From NCBI GenBank assembly GCA_964016885.1, contig OZ024740.1, positions 100,316,001 through 100,380,000 of the forward strand: DNA of 64,000 nucleotides. Direction: 5' to 3'. The DNA comes from Eledone cirrhosa (lineage: Eukaryota). Below the pieces are notes generated by a model, which saw only the letters and a list, made by a program, of their open reading frames with translations, did no database searches and was not told the origin of the DNA. Positions 14,627 through 28,151 of this stretch are shown here, in pieces (position 1 is the stretch's first letter; the number at the start of each line of letters is the position of its first letter). Position numbers and translations under genes: made by a program.

Positions 14627-14787
14627 CCGTCATGGGCAAATTGTGGCCTGCAAGCCATATGCAGCCTGTTTCGCTTTCTGAATGGCATGTCTAATTTCAA
14701 AATTGCCTTGAATTTTGTAGAGTGGCCTGCCTTTTGATGAGCCACATCCTATGTGGCCCATGTCTTGAAAAATGCTGCCCATGCTTG
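14627..14787. mobile_element. Non-autonomous hAT MITE
   Basis: Termini CCGTCATGGGCA / TGCCCATGCTTG; perfect 8-bp TSD GTATAAAT (14619-14626, 14788-14795). Confidence 0.8.
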
Positions 14788-15287
14788 GTATAAATCCTCA
14801 TCATACTTTTGAATGCAAATTGAACTTGCAGAATGAATACAAAATCATTTATTTTCGTTGCATAGTTGAGAACAACAATCTCCCAAATGTTGGTGCCATG
14901 TTAAGATGCATCTTGCTCATTCTTTAAAGTATTAGTGTTAGTGACATGATAACTGCACCCAGTACACACTGTAAATTGACTGGCGTTAGGAAGAGCATCC
15001 AGCTGTAGAAGTCATTAACAAAATGAGACATATGAACAAGACAAAGCACATGACAAACTGTCGCACCCTTGCTAGCATTGAAAACAGCTATAACGCAGTG
15101 ATATTGGTGATGATGACATATACACAGACGCAAATTATACATATCAATATACATTCTCCCAGAGGTAAAATTAAATATGCAAATAAATAATGCTTGCTTC
15201 TTTGGTTATGTCTTCTAAAATTTAAAAATGATGGTGGCAGTAATGGTAGCAGTTTAAATGGTGGTGAGGATATATATATATATATAT

Positions 15288-15303
15288 AAAATAAAAAGAT
15301 TAG

Positions 15304-15365
<62 letters not shown>

Positions 15366-15381
15366 CTAATCTTTTTATTTT
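15288..15381. repeat. Inverted repeat enclosing a (TA)n tract
   Basis: AAAATAAAAAGATTAGTTA-(TA)n-TAACTAATCTTTTTATTTT. Confidence 0.85.
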
Positions 15382-15841
15382 TAAGTGTTTTTTGGCAGAC
15401 TCTGAAAATAGCAGATCGTTTCTAATGTGTTGTATGTGACAAGTTCTACCTATCCATCATCTATAACATAACCTCATTCATGTATGTCTGCTATGAATAT
15501 GAATAAGCAAGCATATTGCAGTCAAACGAATGAATACACCTTAAGTTTTACTTTCATTTTCTTATTTTCTTTGGCACTTTATTATTATTATTTTTGCAGG
15601 GTTAATGTTTTGTACTTTGTTTGACTTGTTAATTTGTTTTTGTTGTAGTTGTAGTTATTATTATTATCATTATTGTTGTTGTTGCTTTTATTATTACTGT
15701 TATTATTATTGTCTCTACTCCCCATTGCAGGTTCTGTTACAGCTGAATTTATAGCAATATTAGATGTTAATAGTATATTTCGTCTTTCTTTATTGCCACA
15801 TAGAGATTGGTTGGACACAAATACAAAGTATATGTTATGTG

Positions 15842-15872
<31 letters not shown>

Positions 15873-15890
15873 CATATATATTATGTGTGA

Positions 15891-15928
<38 letters not shown>

Positions 15929-15944
15929 AGTGAGGTATTTTGTG

Positions 15945-16550
15945 CTTCCAACCACCAGTCTAAACTTCCGATGAGAATAAATCTATATGGTTTGTGTGCT
16001 GACCTGACTTATATGTGATCAAATGAGTGGCTGACTTTCGGAAATTGGTGTTATAGAGATTCAAATCATTAGCATCACAGAGGTCCAGAAACATTGATCC
16101 CACCTCCTTTCTCCTGCCTAACCCAAAGCCTCCATTGAAGCCATCACAGCGTTGCCAAACATTTCCATAAAAATTGTGAGCTATGATTATGAATTCACCA
16201 ACACTCATTAAAACAGTCTGCATAAAGAACTCGTTGTCCTAGATTGTCGTGCATATTGAGATATAATTTTTTCTGTTGCTTATATGGGACGAGCTTAAGT
16301 TTAATGGTTCTATGATTAATCCTAACTACCTCAATTACTTTAACTTCATAATTTTCTGTTACTCACCCATGGCTATGGTTCACCCAGAAAATATGTAGCA
16401 CAGTGTTTTTCCCATGAATAGTTTGGCTAAGACTTATCTACATCTAGTCTCTTGTAAACAGCACACATCTACTTGCTTTTGATTTAGCGTCTCTACATTC
16501 AAACCCAAGTTAACTTCATCATGCCAACATTGATATAGGGACCTCTAAAA
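15945..16550 (-). mobile_element. RTE LINE APE-endonuclease fragment
   Basis: LDLCDANDLNLYNTNFRKSATHLITYKSG matches the APE domain of ORF 57429-60011. Confidence 0.8.
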
Positions 16551-16767
16551 TTTTGCAATTCACATATGAGAGATGTTGTTTCATGTAGAGATGCTGGTAT
16601 TGGTTTCATTCTTTTACGTCTTCAGTTACGGAAGTTGCGGGTGTTGTCCTGCCAAATTCAAAGAGCTCAGAAACCTGATGAAATACCTCCAGCCTCTCAG
16701 TTATCTCCCCACTCAAAAATCTATTACAAATAATTATCATTACTATGTTTACTAATTATTATGAATA

Positions 16768-16879
16768 TCAAATCCCGCCGAGGTTAACTTTGCCTTTCAT
16801 CCTTACGGGATCGATAAAATAAAGTACCAGTAATGCACTGGGTAATTGCTGGCCTTGTGCCAAAAGTAGAAACAATTAT
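16768..16879 (+). mobile_element. SINE family A, 5'-truncated
   Basis: Sequence match to the family body and tail. Confidence 0.85.
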
Positions 16880-17220
16880 GATTGTCAGATTTGATACTTT
16901 AGAACTAGAGGTGTTTGCATGGTCTAGCAAAGACTGGTGGTGGTGGTGTGTCTGGGAGGGAGGAAGGTGTCATAGGGTATCAGTGAGCAAGGCCATGCTT
17001 ATAAATTCTTTTGAAAAGTTAATTCATTAATAGAGTGTGCTAGATATAGGCATTGATGGTTCGTTTACTGAAGAAATTTACATGGCCCATGGAAATAAAT
17101 TGCACTTGGAGAAATGAGTTAGCAAAACATATTCGATACCACAGTAAACCAACAAACATATATATATATGTTAAATGGTGATGATGATGATATATATATT
17201 ATATATATATATATATATAT

Positions 17221-17327
17221 ATTAAAATAAGAGATTAAAGTTTAAGCAAAGAATCGCTGCTTTCACCCTTAACGGGATCATCTGAAATCAGCGATTCTTT
17301 GCTTAAACTTTAATCTGTTAGTTTAAT
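17221..17327. repeat. Foldback element with a hammerhead relic in the loop
   Basis: Arms of about 33 bp (AGATTAAAGTTTAAGCAAAGAATCGCTG); minus strand reads cAGATGA-tccc-gttaa-gggt-GAAA; adjacent to (TA)n. Confidence 0.7.
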
Positions 17328-17615
17328 AAATATTTGCTCTACAGTTATATATTTGATATTTATTTATCCTTATCGAGCCCTCTTTGAATTTTAGTCTTTA
17401 AATTTATTATTATTACTATATATATATATATATATATATATTATAAAGAATTAGTATATCTAGTAACATATATATACACAGATGCATACTTATGCTAGCA
17501 AATATATAGGTTTAGTCTTAATAACTTTGTGGTTCAATGCATGGGGATGCAGAACAATAATATGAGAGACGTAAAATAAGAAAATTATAAAATTAACTTA
17601 CTTACTAAAATTTCA

Positions 17616-17694
17616 CTCCAACTAATTAGTTTCTGAACGGGAATAAACATAGTTTCCGAAGAAACGTACGGAGAAGCCTTTCGTCATCAGGGAA
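17616..17694 (-). ncRNA. Type I hammerhead ribozyme motif (GUU site)
   Basis: Minus strand: ttcc-CTGATGA-cgaa...ttcg-GAAA-cta...tag-TT-ggag; stems I, II and III can all pair. Confidence 0.65.
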
Positions 17695-18059
17695 GTCTAT
17701 TCTCAGCTAAGTTTCCAGGCAATACGTGGACACAGGGAACTTATACAAAAATAATTCAGTGGATGGAAAAAAGCAAAGCGTGGACTAAATTCCAAGCCAT
17801 TGAAAAAATCACTGCCTACTGCGTCGGTGGCAAATTCAAAATAATCAGTCACGTGACATCGAGGTCAATCAGTGAAGAGTGGTTTGTTAAGAAGACAGCA
17901 GCCGGACCGTTACTATAGTAGCAGTTTTGACCAATTTTTGCTCGACAAAATAATTTGGAGATAATTATAAAGAATTAGTATATCTAGTAACATGTGTGTA
18001 AAACCATGTGCGTTAAACAGTCTTTTTAAATATTTTGAAGTGAAACATACCAATTTTTC

Positions 18060-18191
18060 TGGTGCTTGCTGAGGAGATAGAAATGCGGTATTCTTTCACT
18101 TTTTCATTTTTCGAAACTTATTTGGATTTTAGGGTTTAAACCTGTATACGGAACAGGTTTGATTTTGAAATTTAAATTTGTCCAAGCACCA
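18060..18191 (+). ncRNA. Type I hammerhead ribozyme, copy 1 (GUC site after 18182)
   Basis: 9-bp perfect stem I TGGTGCTTG/CAAGCACCA; CTGAGGA at 18069; G-C-closed stem II; GAAAC at 18113; long imperfect stem III capped by AAACCTGT/ACAGGTTT; GTC. Confidence 0.8.
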
Positions 18192-18607
18192 CGGCCATTT
18201 GCCAATATAATTTGTTTTATTGATTTATTATTTTAAATCGAGACAGGCAAACTGTATTATTATAATTAGTATTTTTCAATCTAGCTAACTTAGTCATTTA
18301 CAATACAAACATGGATATGTTGGTATTTGTGTTTATCAAATATATTAATTTATATTAACTTGTATTACACGGCTCAGAAATACTTCTTTCTTTGAGCTAT
18401 TTCATTGTAAAGGACTACCTGAGATTTGAACTCATTATTAATAGTATCACTGCTCCTTACGCAGAGCTAAATTTAACGCCATATAAACGGCTGTTATTTC
18501 TAGCAGCACGAGTATGCGGTAGTTAGACACTGGATAACCATGTGTGAAAAACGATGTGCGTTAAACAGTCTTTTTAAATATTTTGAAGTGAAACATACCA
18601 ATTTTTC

Positions 18608-18737
18608 TGGTGCTTGCTGAGGAGATTGAAATGCGGTATTCTTTCACTTTCATTTTTCGAAACTTATTTGGATTTTAAGGTTTAAACCAGTCTACAGAAC
18701 AGGTTTGATTTTGAAATTTAAATTTGTCCAAGCACCA
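18608..18737 (+). ncRNA. Type I hammerhead ribozyme, copy 2 (GUC site after 18728)
   Basis: Same architecture as copy 1; CTGAGGA at 18617, GAAAC at 18659. Confidence 0.8.
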
Positions 18738-18968
18738 CGGCCATTTGCCAATATACTTTGTTTTATTGATTTATTATTTTAAATCGAGACAGGCAAACTG
18801 TATTATTATAATTAGTATTTTTCAATCTAGCTAACTTAGTCATTTGCAATACAAACATGGATATGTTGGTATTTGTGTTTATCAAATATATTAATTTATA
18901 TTAACTTGTTTATATATATATATATAGAGATAAATATACACGGGTGTGTATGATTGTGTATAGAACAT

Positions 18969-19311
18969 TATATTAATAAAAGGACTTCCAACTTTGTCTG
19001 ATTTACTCGTTTTATTTACCATCCTTTAAAATTTATAATGGTATTAGAATGAAATAGTATGGTAGAATATTAAATGTTAAGTGTTAATTGAACAAGTACT
19101 TTCATGCTTTCGAAATTTCCAGGTTCATATTGTGTGGTGACAATTTTCCTGAAGATTGCAATGAACCTGAAGATTGCGAAAGCATGAAAGTACTTGTTCA
19201 ATTAACACTTAACATTTAATATTCTACCATACTATTTCATTCTAATACCATTATAAATTTTAAAGGATGGTAAATAAAACGAGTAAATCAGACAAAGTTG
19301 GAATTCCTTTT

Positions 19312-19320
<9 letters not shown>
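18969..19320. mobile_element. Foldback element (arms of about 160 bp), Penelope-like/retrozyme type
   Basis: Near-perfect inverted repeat with a spacer of about 30 bp; abuts (TA)n; hammerhead at the inner end of each arm. Confidence 0.75.
19162..19200 (+). ncRNA. Minimal type I hammerhead ribozyme
   Basis: tgaac-CTGAAGA-ttgc-gaaa-gcat-GAAA-gtac-TT-gttca; palindromic loop 3; the mirror copy at 19089-19127 has a mutated core. Confidence 0.75.
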
Positions 19321-19398
<78 letters not shown>

Positions 19399-20627
19399 TA
19401 TATTATATTATTTATTCATGTACATACACAGAACAAAAAGCACTACCTTTGTAGTGCTTTTTTGTTTTGTGTATAAACAAAAATAAATTATTTAATATAT
19501 CAGTTTTCACACCAGATTGAGAACTGTTTTCGTTTTTGCTGCTTCACACCCACCAATATTTTACTACATATATATATATATATATAAATATATATATATA
19601 TGTATACAGATAAGAGAATTCATAGGAGAGAGAGGGGAGAGAAGTGAGAGAGAGAGAGAGGAGAGAGAGGAGAGAGAAAGAGACAGAGGGAGACAGACAT
19701 ACAAAGAGGGGGTTAAAATTTAACACATAGCTTAAAAGATATTGAAATCTATATATGGTGTAAGTTGCTTCTGTTATAAACAAAATATTTTTTTGACAAA
19801 CAAGAGAGTCTCTACATCCTACTCTACTCAACCTATTTGAAATAGTAACTGGATTTCCCTGTCTTTCTATCAACAAAACAAATTTTCATGTATCAATATT
19901 ATTCAATCTTCTTTGTATTCATAAATTAATCTGAAAAAGATGCAGTACCTATAACCATTACATGTTCTCCCACACTGGTGAGAATGATGTTATGGATGTT
20001 ACATTTTAAACATTGGTAGGTCAGTTTAATTATAGTGGAACTATTGAAAAACATATCTAAATACTGTGAGTTTGGTTAACTTTTGTCAAAGTGGACAAAA
20101 TATGAAAGATGAATTGATATGAATAAAACTCATTATGGGCATATATCCTAAATCTCATTAATCAATAAAGTTGCAGAAGAGAAATGTGTGTGGGCTTCAC
20201 TAACCAACAATACATTTGATCAAGTTTTAAAGAAGTTGATGTTTCATGAAGTAGAGTCAAGAGATGCCGATAGTTATCACTGAGTCAAAACGAGAAAAAT
20301 TTTCTAATGCAAATTTTGTTGTAATAAACATTTACATGTTAAAAGAAAATCTTTTGTAGTTGGAAGATATGCAAATTGTGAAATAAAAATAACTATTTTG
20401 AATCAATTTGTAGCGTTAAAAAGTAAAGTTTGCAACATGTTGATGATAAGATTTCTGATATTGAAAGAAATCATCATCATCATCATCGTTTAACATCCAT
20501 CTTCCACACTAGCATTGGTAGGACGGACTGTCCCTTTGTGAGGGATTAGGCCGGGGGGACCTTGATTCGCTCACACAGAACTGATTTTGGCTTGGTTTCT
20601 ATGGCAGGATTCTCTTCCTAACGCCAA

Positions 20628-20962
20628 ATCATCATCATCATCATCATTTTACGTTTGCTTTTCCCTGCTTGCAAGGGTGGGACGGGAACTGATACTGGCT
20701 TGATTTCTACAGCTGGATGCCCTTCCTAACACCAACCTCATTTACAGTGAGTGCTGGGTGCTTTTTGCCGTGGCAACTATATAACCACTTTGCAGTGATG
20801 ATAGGGACCTCAGTCCTTACCATCTCATTTCTACAGCTGAGTAAATTGGAGCAATGTGAAATAAAGTGTCTTGCTCAAGGAAACAACACATCACCCGGTC
20901 TGAGAATTGAACTCACAACCTTTCGATTGCAAGGCCAATATTCTAACCACTAAGCCATGTGC
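20628..20962 (-). mobile_element. tRNA-derived SINE family B with RTE-derived tail
   Basis: Head GGCTTAGTGGTTAGA..GAGTTCAATTCTC; CORE/V-like CCTTGAGCAAGACACTT; tail shared with the LINE 3' UTR at 56593-56860; (GAT)n end. Confidence 0.85.
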
Positions 20963-21384
20963 AATGTACTTACATTTCAGGAAAAAGAGGAAAAAAAAAA
21001 TTAAATGTATAAGGGGATACCAGTAATGATATTAGTTTGATTCCAAGAAACTTTTAATTACTCAATGGTCAAGACAAACTTCACAAAAGCCATCTACAGC
21101 TTTACAAGTTTGATGGATTAATGTTTAGCAGCTCTGACTATTTTAAAAGTATTCTAAGAAACATAAATAAGATTTTGTTTCAGTGATATTCTATTTCTAA
21201 GGAGTGTATTTCACCAGATTGATATTTGGTCCAGAAAACATTAACTGTATCTGTTCCCTCTAATAAGAAAGAATAAGAATCATTGTCAAAATATTTTTAA
21301 ATGATCTAATGACTTTTGAAATATTACATAAATTTGATGCAATAGGCATTAGAGAATTTATAAACTTCTCTTGTAAAAAACAAG

Positions 21385-21600
21385 ATATATGGTGGACGAG
21401 ATTGAGAGGACTGAGAACAGATGCCTTTCTCTCTGGACAACAACTCATTCCCTTCTTTAGATACCACTTTAGAAGGAGAATCAGAATGGAGAGAGAGGCA
21501 CTGCACCCCAGTAAATTTACTGAAAGGTGGGTGAATGTGGCAAAAATGGCTCGAGCAATTGGGCCTTCTCTGTATATAAACCTGTAGGTTGAAGAAGATT
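21385..21600 (+). mobile_element. Tx1/L1-clade LINE ORF2 C-terminal fragment
   Basis: WWTRLRGLRTDAFLSGQQLIPFFRYHFRRRIRMERE, nearly identical to the end of ORF 46352-46675. Confidence 0.85.
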
Positions 21601-22470
21601 TAAATGCAAAATAACTGCTCATCCAGATTATAAGATTCTATGGTAAGTGTAGGTTATCTTATAGTTTGTTTTGTCAATTTTGTGAATATTACTTGAATGA
21701 CTGAAACAAAAAGAAAAGAAAATATTTTATTCTATCTACTTATCTATAGTCATAGTATAGTATGTTGTGAAGTTGGTGTAAGGATATTTAATGCTTACAA
21801 AGTCATCGCATCGACAAGCAATACTAATTTGCATTCTATTTCAAGCATTCTACCTTGTCTATGCCTAGGGTATTCTTGTGATATTGCCTGCTCCAGTTAA
21901 CCTAGAGTATAATAATAAAGATATATTGACTCAGAAGTTAAACTCAGGTACAGCAGTTAAACAAGCACATATAAAAATTGACCAATGATTATATTGACTA
22001 TATTATTGTCACATAGTTTGAAACAATCAAGGTGGAATAAGGATAATTCCTCATTATGTTATGATATTTAAAATTATATGCAGTCTTCTATCTAGGAAAC
22101 AAAATAGGTTAGTAGTGAGGGGCATGGAACATCTCTATAAATAAGCTGGTGCTTTTCAACCAATACCTTATGTGATATTTGTATTACCTGGGTTGCAGAG
22201 AAGCTTGTGTCACTCTCATCATCATAAATGTGATGAACTAGTGGCTGACTTTTTTAAAACTTTCCACATAATACGATAAGGTTCACAAAATGTGATAAAA
22301 ATTAATAAAAAAAGCAACTTTTTCTTAATACATTTGAGTACAGTAATTGTTGCTGTTTAACACCAGGTTAGTCTTGGTTCAGTAAACCTTTGATCCAAAG
22401 TATTTCAGTCATAATGATCGCAATATTTTATCACTAACATACTGTAACTAGGACAGTAGTTTCTATACAT

Positions 22471-22536
22471 ATTTTACCACAAAATTCATGTATGATTTTC
22501 CAATTGGAAAATCATACATGAATTTTGTGATAAAAT
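22471..22536. repeat. 66-bp loopless palindrome
   Basis: Centre CAATTG at 22501-22506; one mismatch between the arms. Confidence 0.9.
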
Positions 22537-23053
22537 TGCAGAACATATGCCTATATTTTATGAACAACACACACCACTCTAATTTTAATTTGACACTAAA
22601 TGAGGCAAACATATTTGAAGAGAGAATATATTTGTATAATATAAAATATTTAATTATTTATCATTAACATTTTTTTAAATTTATCATTAAATTTTTTCCT
22701 TTAGGAAACATGAATCTATGACTACATTATCTAAAGTCTCTCTTTTATTATAAGAGATTAATTTACTTTGGTTTGAGTTTACAATAAAGTCAGCCATAAG
22801 CAGCATATCATTTTTTCAAGCATTCAGAATCATAAACTATATTATCCAATGTCCTCTTTTATGTTTTGATCATGCAGACCTCTGGTCAGAGGCATTCCAG
22901 CAATAACAATATTTTCTTTATAATTGTATGCAAGATTAATTAAGAAAATATGGAATGACGTGAGGAAAATTTGGTTGCTATTTCTAGGAGGCTGTACAAG
23001 CAGCTAGAAGCTCCATGTTGACATACTTTCCATTCATTGTTTCTGTTAGTTAA

Positions 23054-23263
23054 CCCTTTTGCATTCATATTACTCTATATATACTATTATATTTTCATGG
23101 TAAAGGCTTTACCTTGCATAATTATCTCACATAATATCTAATCTATGAGATTTTGAAAGTATTTATTTTGAGAGCAATACCTTAACATCAGTATGAGTGG
23201 CCAGTTTCAACAGAAAGTGGTAGAGAATTCTGGCTGGTTTTGGCCGGTTTGAACATTAAAGGG
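23054..23263. mobile_element. piggyBac-type MITE
   Basis: TTAA|CCCTTT...AAAGGG|TTAA with an imperfect 14-bp TIR. Confidence 0.65.
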
Positions 23264-23299
23264 TTAAGAAGCCTGAAAAAAGTAACTGACAGCATCATA

Positions 23300-23960
23300 G
23301 AACTCATCATTATTTTTTTTCATGTCTATGCTTGTTTGAATTGGAAGTGTCCCCTCCAACACAACATTTTGCTACTTATTTCATTCCTTTGTTATATTTG
23401 TGAAGTTAGTTTTCACCAATTTTCTGCCTTTATCTTCTTTGGTCTCCTTTTCTGTAGCTTCCTTCCAATTGGATCACATGATAGTTTTACGAAGCTATCA
23501 AAATCCATATGCATTATATGTATTTCCTAGCACTATCTTCTCACTTGCATACAATGTCTGATTTTTCTTATACCCAGCTTTTCTCGTAAATACTCTGTGT
23601 CTTTTCATTCATGCACACGGCCCTTACATATTGAGTAAAGCACATCCACTTCGTTTTCCAGCCTTTGCACATCCTTTGTATTTAAAGTCCATGACCTACT
23701 ATCATACTATATTGAACTTAGTACACAAGCCTCATACTCCCTGCCCTTCACTTGGAAGGAAAATTCTGTTGATATCAACAGAAGTAATAGCTCACTGAAC
23801 TTTATCTACACCATTTAGATTCTAGCTATTATGCCTCCAGAGATGTATGCTTTATAGCTAATCAGTTCTCTAATTATGAAATAGAATTAGCCTCCTAGTA
23901 AATCTTCATCATTTAACATCCATTTTTCCTGCTAGCATCTTCCTCTCCTCTATAGTTAAT
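23300..23960 (-). mobile_element. Decayed RTE LINE 3' fragment
   Basis: Remnants of YEACVLSSIV.D.RSWTL..KDVQRLENE similar to ORF 56892-57341. Confidence 0.6.
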
Positions 23961-24332
23961 AAGAACTCAAATCCATCATCATCACCATTGTCAGCTTTCC
24001 CTGCTAGCAAAGGTTTGACCATTATAAGTTAGTATTAGCCTTCTAGTAATTACGTTTTAAAATCATCATCACCATTTTTCTTCTAATTTCAATGCTTTCA
24101 AGAGTTAAACAAGCTGTTAAGGTTCTAAGACAAAACAGATCGGATGACCACGGCTTGCTCACATAATCCATTTTGGAATAGTTTCTTTGGCTGGATAGCC
24201 TTATTAAGCACATCACAGCATATACTGGGTGCATTTTAACATGGCAATAATACTGTCACTTTTTAGAGTGAACTGGGTACGTTTTCTGTAGCACCAACAC
24301 TGACATACAAACATTTATACATACGTACATAC

Positions 24333-24363
<31 letters not shown>

Positions 24364-24579
24364 CATACATACATACATACATACATACATACAAACATAC
24401 ATTTATATTCTCAAGCAATGATTGTTGAATTTTGGTCTATTAATTTTTGTGCTATAAATTCTTTGCAATTGAGTAAAAATTACTGTAAAGTTTCAGTTGA
24501 AAAGCTTCTGAAGGTGAATTTTCTTAAAATCAATTTGCCTTTTATGTAGCAGAAAGTTGTGTGAGAAAAAAACAGCGGC

Positions 24580-24610
<31 letters not shown>

Positions 24611-24984
24611 TAATAATAATAACAATAATAATAATAATAATAATAAAAATAATAAACGAACACAAATGGGGTGGGAGGATATCTTTTCAAACTACTGCAT
24701 AATCAATTGGTTGTTTCTATATGAGTTATATTGTCATTGGACACAAATCTTACTTCTCTGTTTCTCCATCAAACAGCAGCAATGAAACAATCAGAAAGAT
24801 TTATAGCTACACAAAAATAAAAAAATAATAATGGAAATTGTGTTACAAATGAAAATAAAGAGAAGGTAGAGTACATGTGTGTATGTGAGAAAGAAGGAGA
24901 GAGAAAGAGAAAGAAACAATGACAAGAGAAATAACAGTAAAATAAGTTCTCTTGACAAAAGGAATATTTATATTTTTATAAATA

Positions 24985-25905
<921 letters not shown>

Positions 25906-26405
25906 TGTGAAGATGATGATGGTAGTGATGGTGGTGAGGAGGATAATGATGATGATGATTCAGAAATGAGTTGGCTAAAAATAAAATATAATAATAAAGT
26001 AAATTGTTTGATGCTATTCACATTTTTCTTTCTTTCATCACATCAAAACTAATTCCAAAAAGATGATGATGACAATGATGATGATGATGAGGATGATAAT
26101 GATGATGATGATGATAATGATGATAATAGTTGTGGAGGGCATACTTACCCATAATTTATATCAACTGTCAGATTTGTCAGTAACTTGGTGGCCTTAAAAG
26201 GACAAATTAGACATCTTGTGAAATAATAAATCTTTTCCTATACTAATCACCTTTTGCATATATTGCTTGTGTAGCTTCATTAAGGAATACATACACACAT
26301 ATATATACACCTGTACAAATATATATCCACAATACACTGTAGTGTGTATATATAAATATATTTTTTATTTATGCATACATGTGTTGTTTTATACATAAGT
26401 ATTTT

Positions 26406-26439
<34 letters not shown>

Positions 26440-27048
26440 GTATATATGCATACAGACATTCTCACACACACATACACACATATATATACTTATATTTTAT
26501 ATATATATATATATACATACAAAATACATTTAAATACTGTTGACAACAAAAGGCTTCTCCCTAAATGAAAGGGTTGTTGCTTGATGCCTGTGTAATATAT
26601 GTGATGTTACATGGTAGTGTGATATGAGCAATAAATACAGAGGATATGCAAAGGCTAGAGGAAAATGAAGCAAGTATGCTTCAATGAATGAGCAATGTTA
26701 ATATACATGGACAATGAAGCCTGTAAGAACTGAGAGAAGAACTGACTATCAGAAAAATCTTGTGCAATGTGCAAGAGAGAAAACTACACTGGTATATATA
26801 TCTGTTGTGTATGGATGATGATTAATAGGCGAAGAAGTTCCACAACATTTGTATCGAGAGATACTGTGCTGAAAAAAATCCATCAAGCCCATGGAAGCAT
26901 GGAAAAGTAAATGTAAAATGGTGATGCTGATGATGGTGCACATATATATATATAATATATATATATTTACATATGTATATATGATCCTGATGTAAGTCGG
27001 GAGGTGACCACTGTCAAAATGGGAACTCAATAGATTAGTAGTTTAGGT

Positions 27049-27189
27049 ATATTAATTTCATTATAGAAATGACTTCTACAGGACTATAAATGTTTCATTT
27101 GTAACAAATCATCAGGAGAGATCAGAGGATTTTTTACGAATGAAACACATCTAGTGCTGTAGAAGTCATTTCTATAATCAAATGAATAT
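27049..27189. repeat. Foldback element with decayed hammerhead in both arms
   Basis: Arms TTATAGAAATGACTTCTACAG; minus strand CTGATGA-tttgttacaaat-GAAAC; plus strand cagagga-ttttttacgaat-GAAACacaTC. Confidence 0.65.
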
Positions 27190-27459
27190 GAAATTATGTA
27201 AGGCTTTATAGCATTACCTAATTTTCTGTGAATGCCAGCTCCATATGGACTGTTGCTAGAGCAGTGGAAACTAATTAATTAGTCTGGGAAGAGGGAATCT
27301 ATTTCTCTACCCATAAGAAATTGTTCTTCTCACTATTTAATGTATTAGTATGCACTCTATTTTCATTTGGATTGTTATCTTAAACATACTAGCTTCATTA
27401 AAACATTGAGCCAGTGGGGAGAGCAATCGAAGATTTTCAGTCATACCTGATGACTCCGT

Positions 27460-27640
27460 TGGATTGGCAGTATCAGTAGAGGGTTGCTTTGACACATAGA
27501 GCTACGACCCTTGCCATTCTGAGTTCAAATCCCGCTGAGGTGAACTTTGTCTTTCATCCTTACGGGGTTGATAAAATAAAGTACTAGTAATGCACTGGGA
27601 TAATTGCTGGCCTTGTGCCAAAAGTAGAAACAATTATTAT
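27460..27640 (+). mobile_element. SINE family A
   Basis: Near full-length family match. Confidence 0.85.
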
Positions 27641-27654
27641 TATCATTATTGTTA

Positions 27655-28099
27655 TTCCTTGAATCTCAGTCATTGATGTTGGTTAACTGGAAAGTCCGTT
27701 GGAATGAATATCAAGCCACTACCTGCAGCCTCAGATATTCAGGACGTATCGGAGGGTTCTTGCTGTTCCAAGCAAGCATGCCTTTTGAAGCGTTCCAAAA
27801 AGCGTGAAGGGGCCGATTTTCTTTAACCATCCCTGGAAACTTTTGGAGATAGTCCCCAGTGCGCCTATGACAATCGGGATCACTTTGACTTCATGGCAGT
27901 TCCAAATCCTTTTCACCTCCCACTTTAGGTCCTGGTATCGGTTAATTTTCACCCTCTCCTTCTCTTGCACTCTCGTGTCGAACGGGCAGGCCACATCCAC
28001 AATCAGACACGATCTTTTTTCTTTGTCCACAACCACCAGGTCAGGTCTATTGTGTTCCAGTTTTTTGTCCGTCTGTATCCTAAAATCCCACAGCACCTG
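27655..28099 (-). mobile_element. R4/Dong-clade non-LTR retrotransposon 3' fragment (restriction-like endonuclease)
   Basis: LWDFRIQTD..HNRPDLVVVDK..IVDVACPFD..EK..K..Y.DL..PIVIGALG..LQKACLLGTA; flanked on both sides by (TAA)n. Confidence 0.9.
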
Positions 28100-28151
28100 T
28101 TATTATTATTATTATTATTATTATTATGATTATTATTATTATTATTATTAT

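Larger units (their letters stand above)
17991..18909 (+). repeat. Two direct repeats of about 370 bp (17991-18363, 18538-18909) flanking about 175 bp of unique sequence
   Basis: Near-identical copies seen directly; each carries a hammerhead motif. Confidence 0.9.

Noticed and set aside
17590-17860. Host promoter or first exon (GTCACGTGAC E-box at 17848, minus-strand GTAAGT near 17600)
   Set aside because: Short motifs only; the region is bounded by a direct repeat and contains a hammerhead motif; no downstream exons found. Not fully excluded
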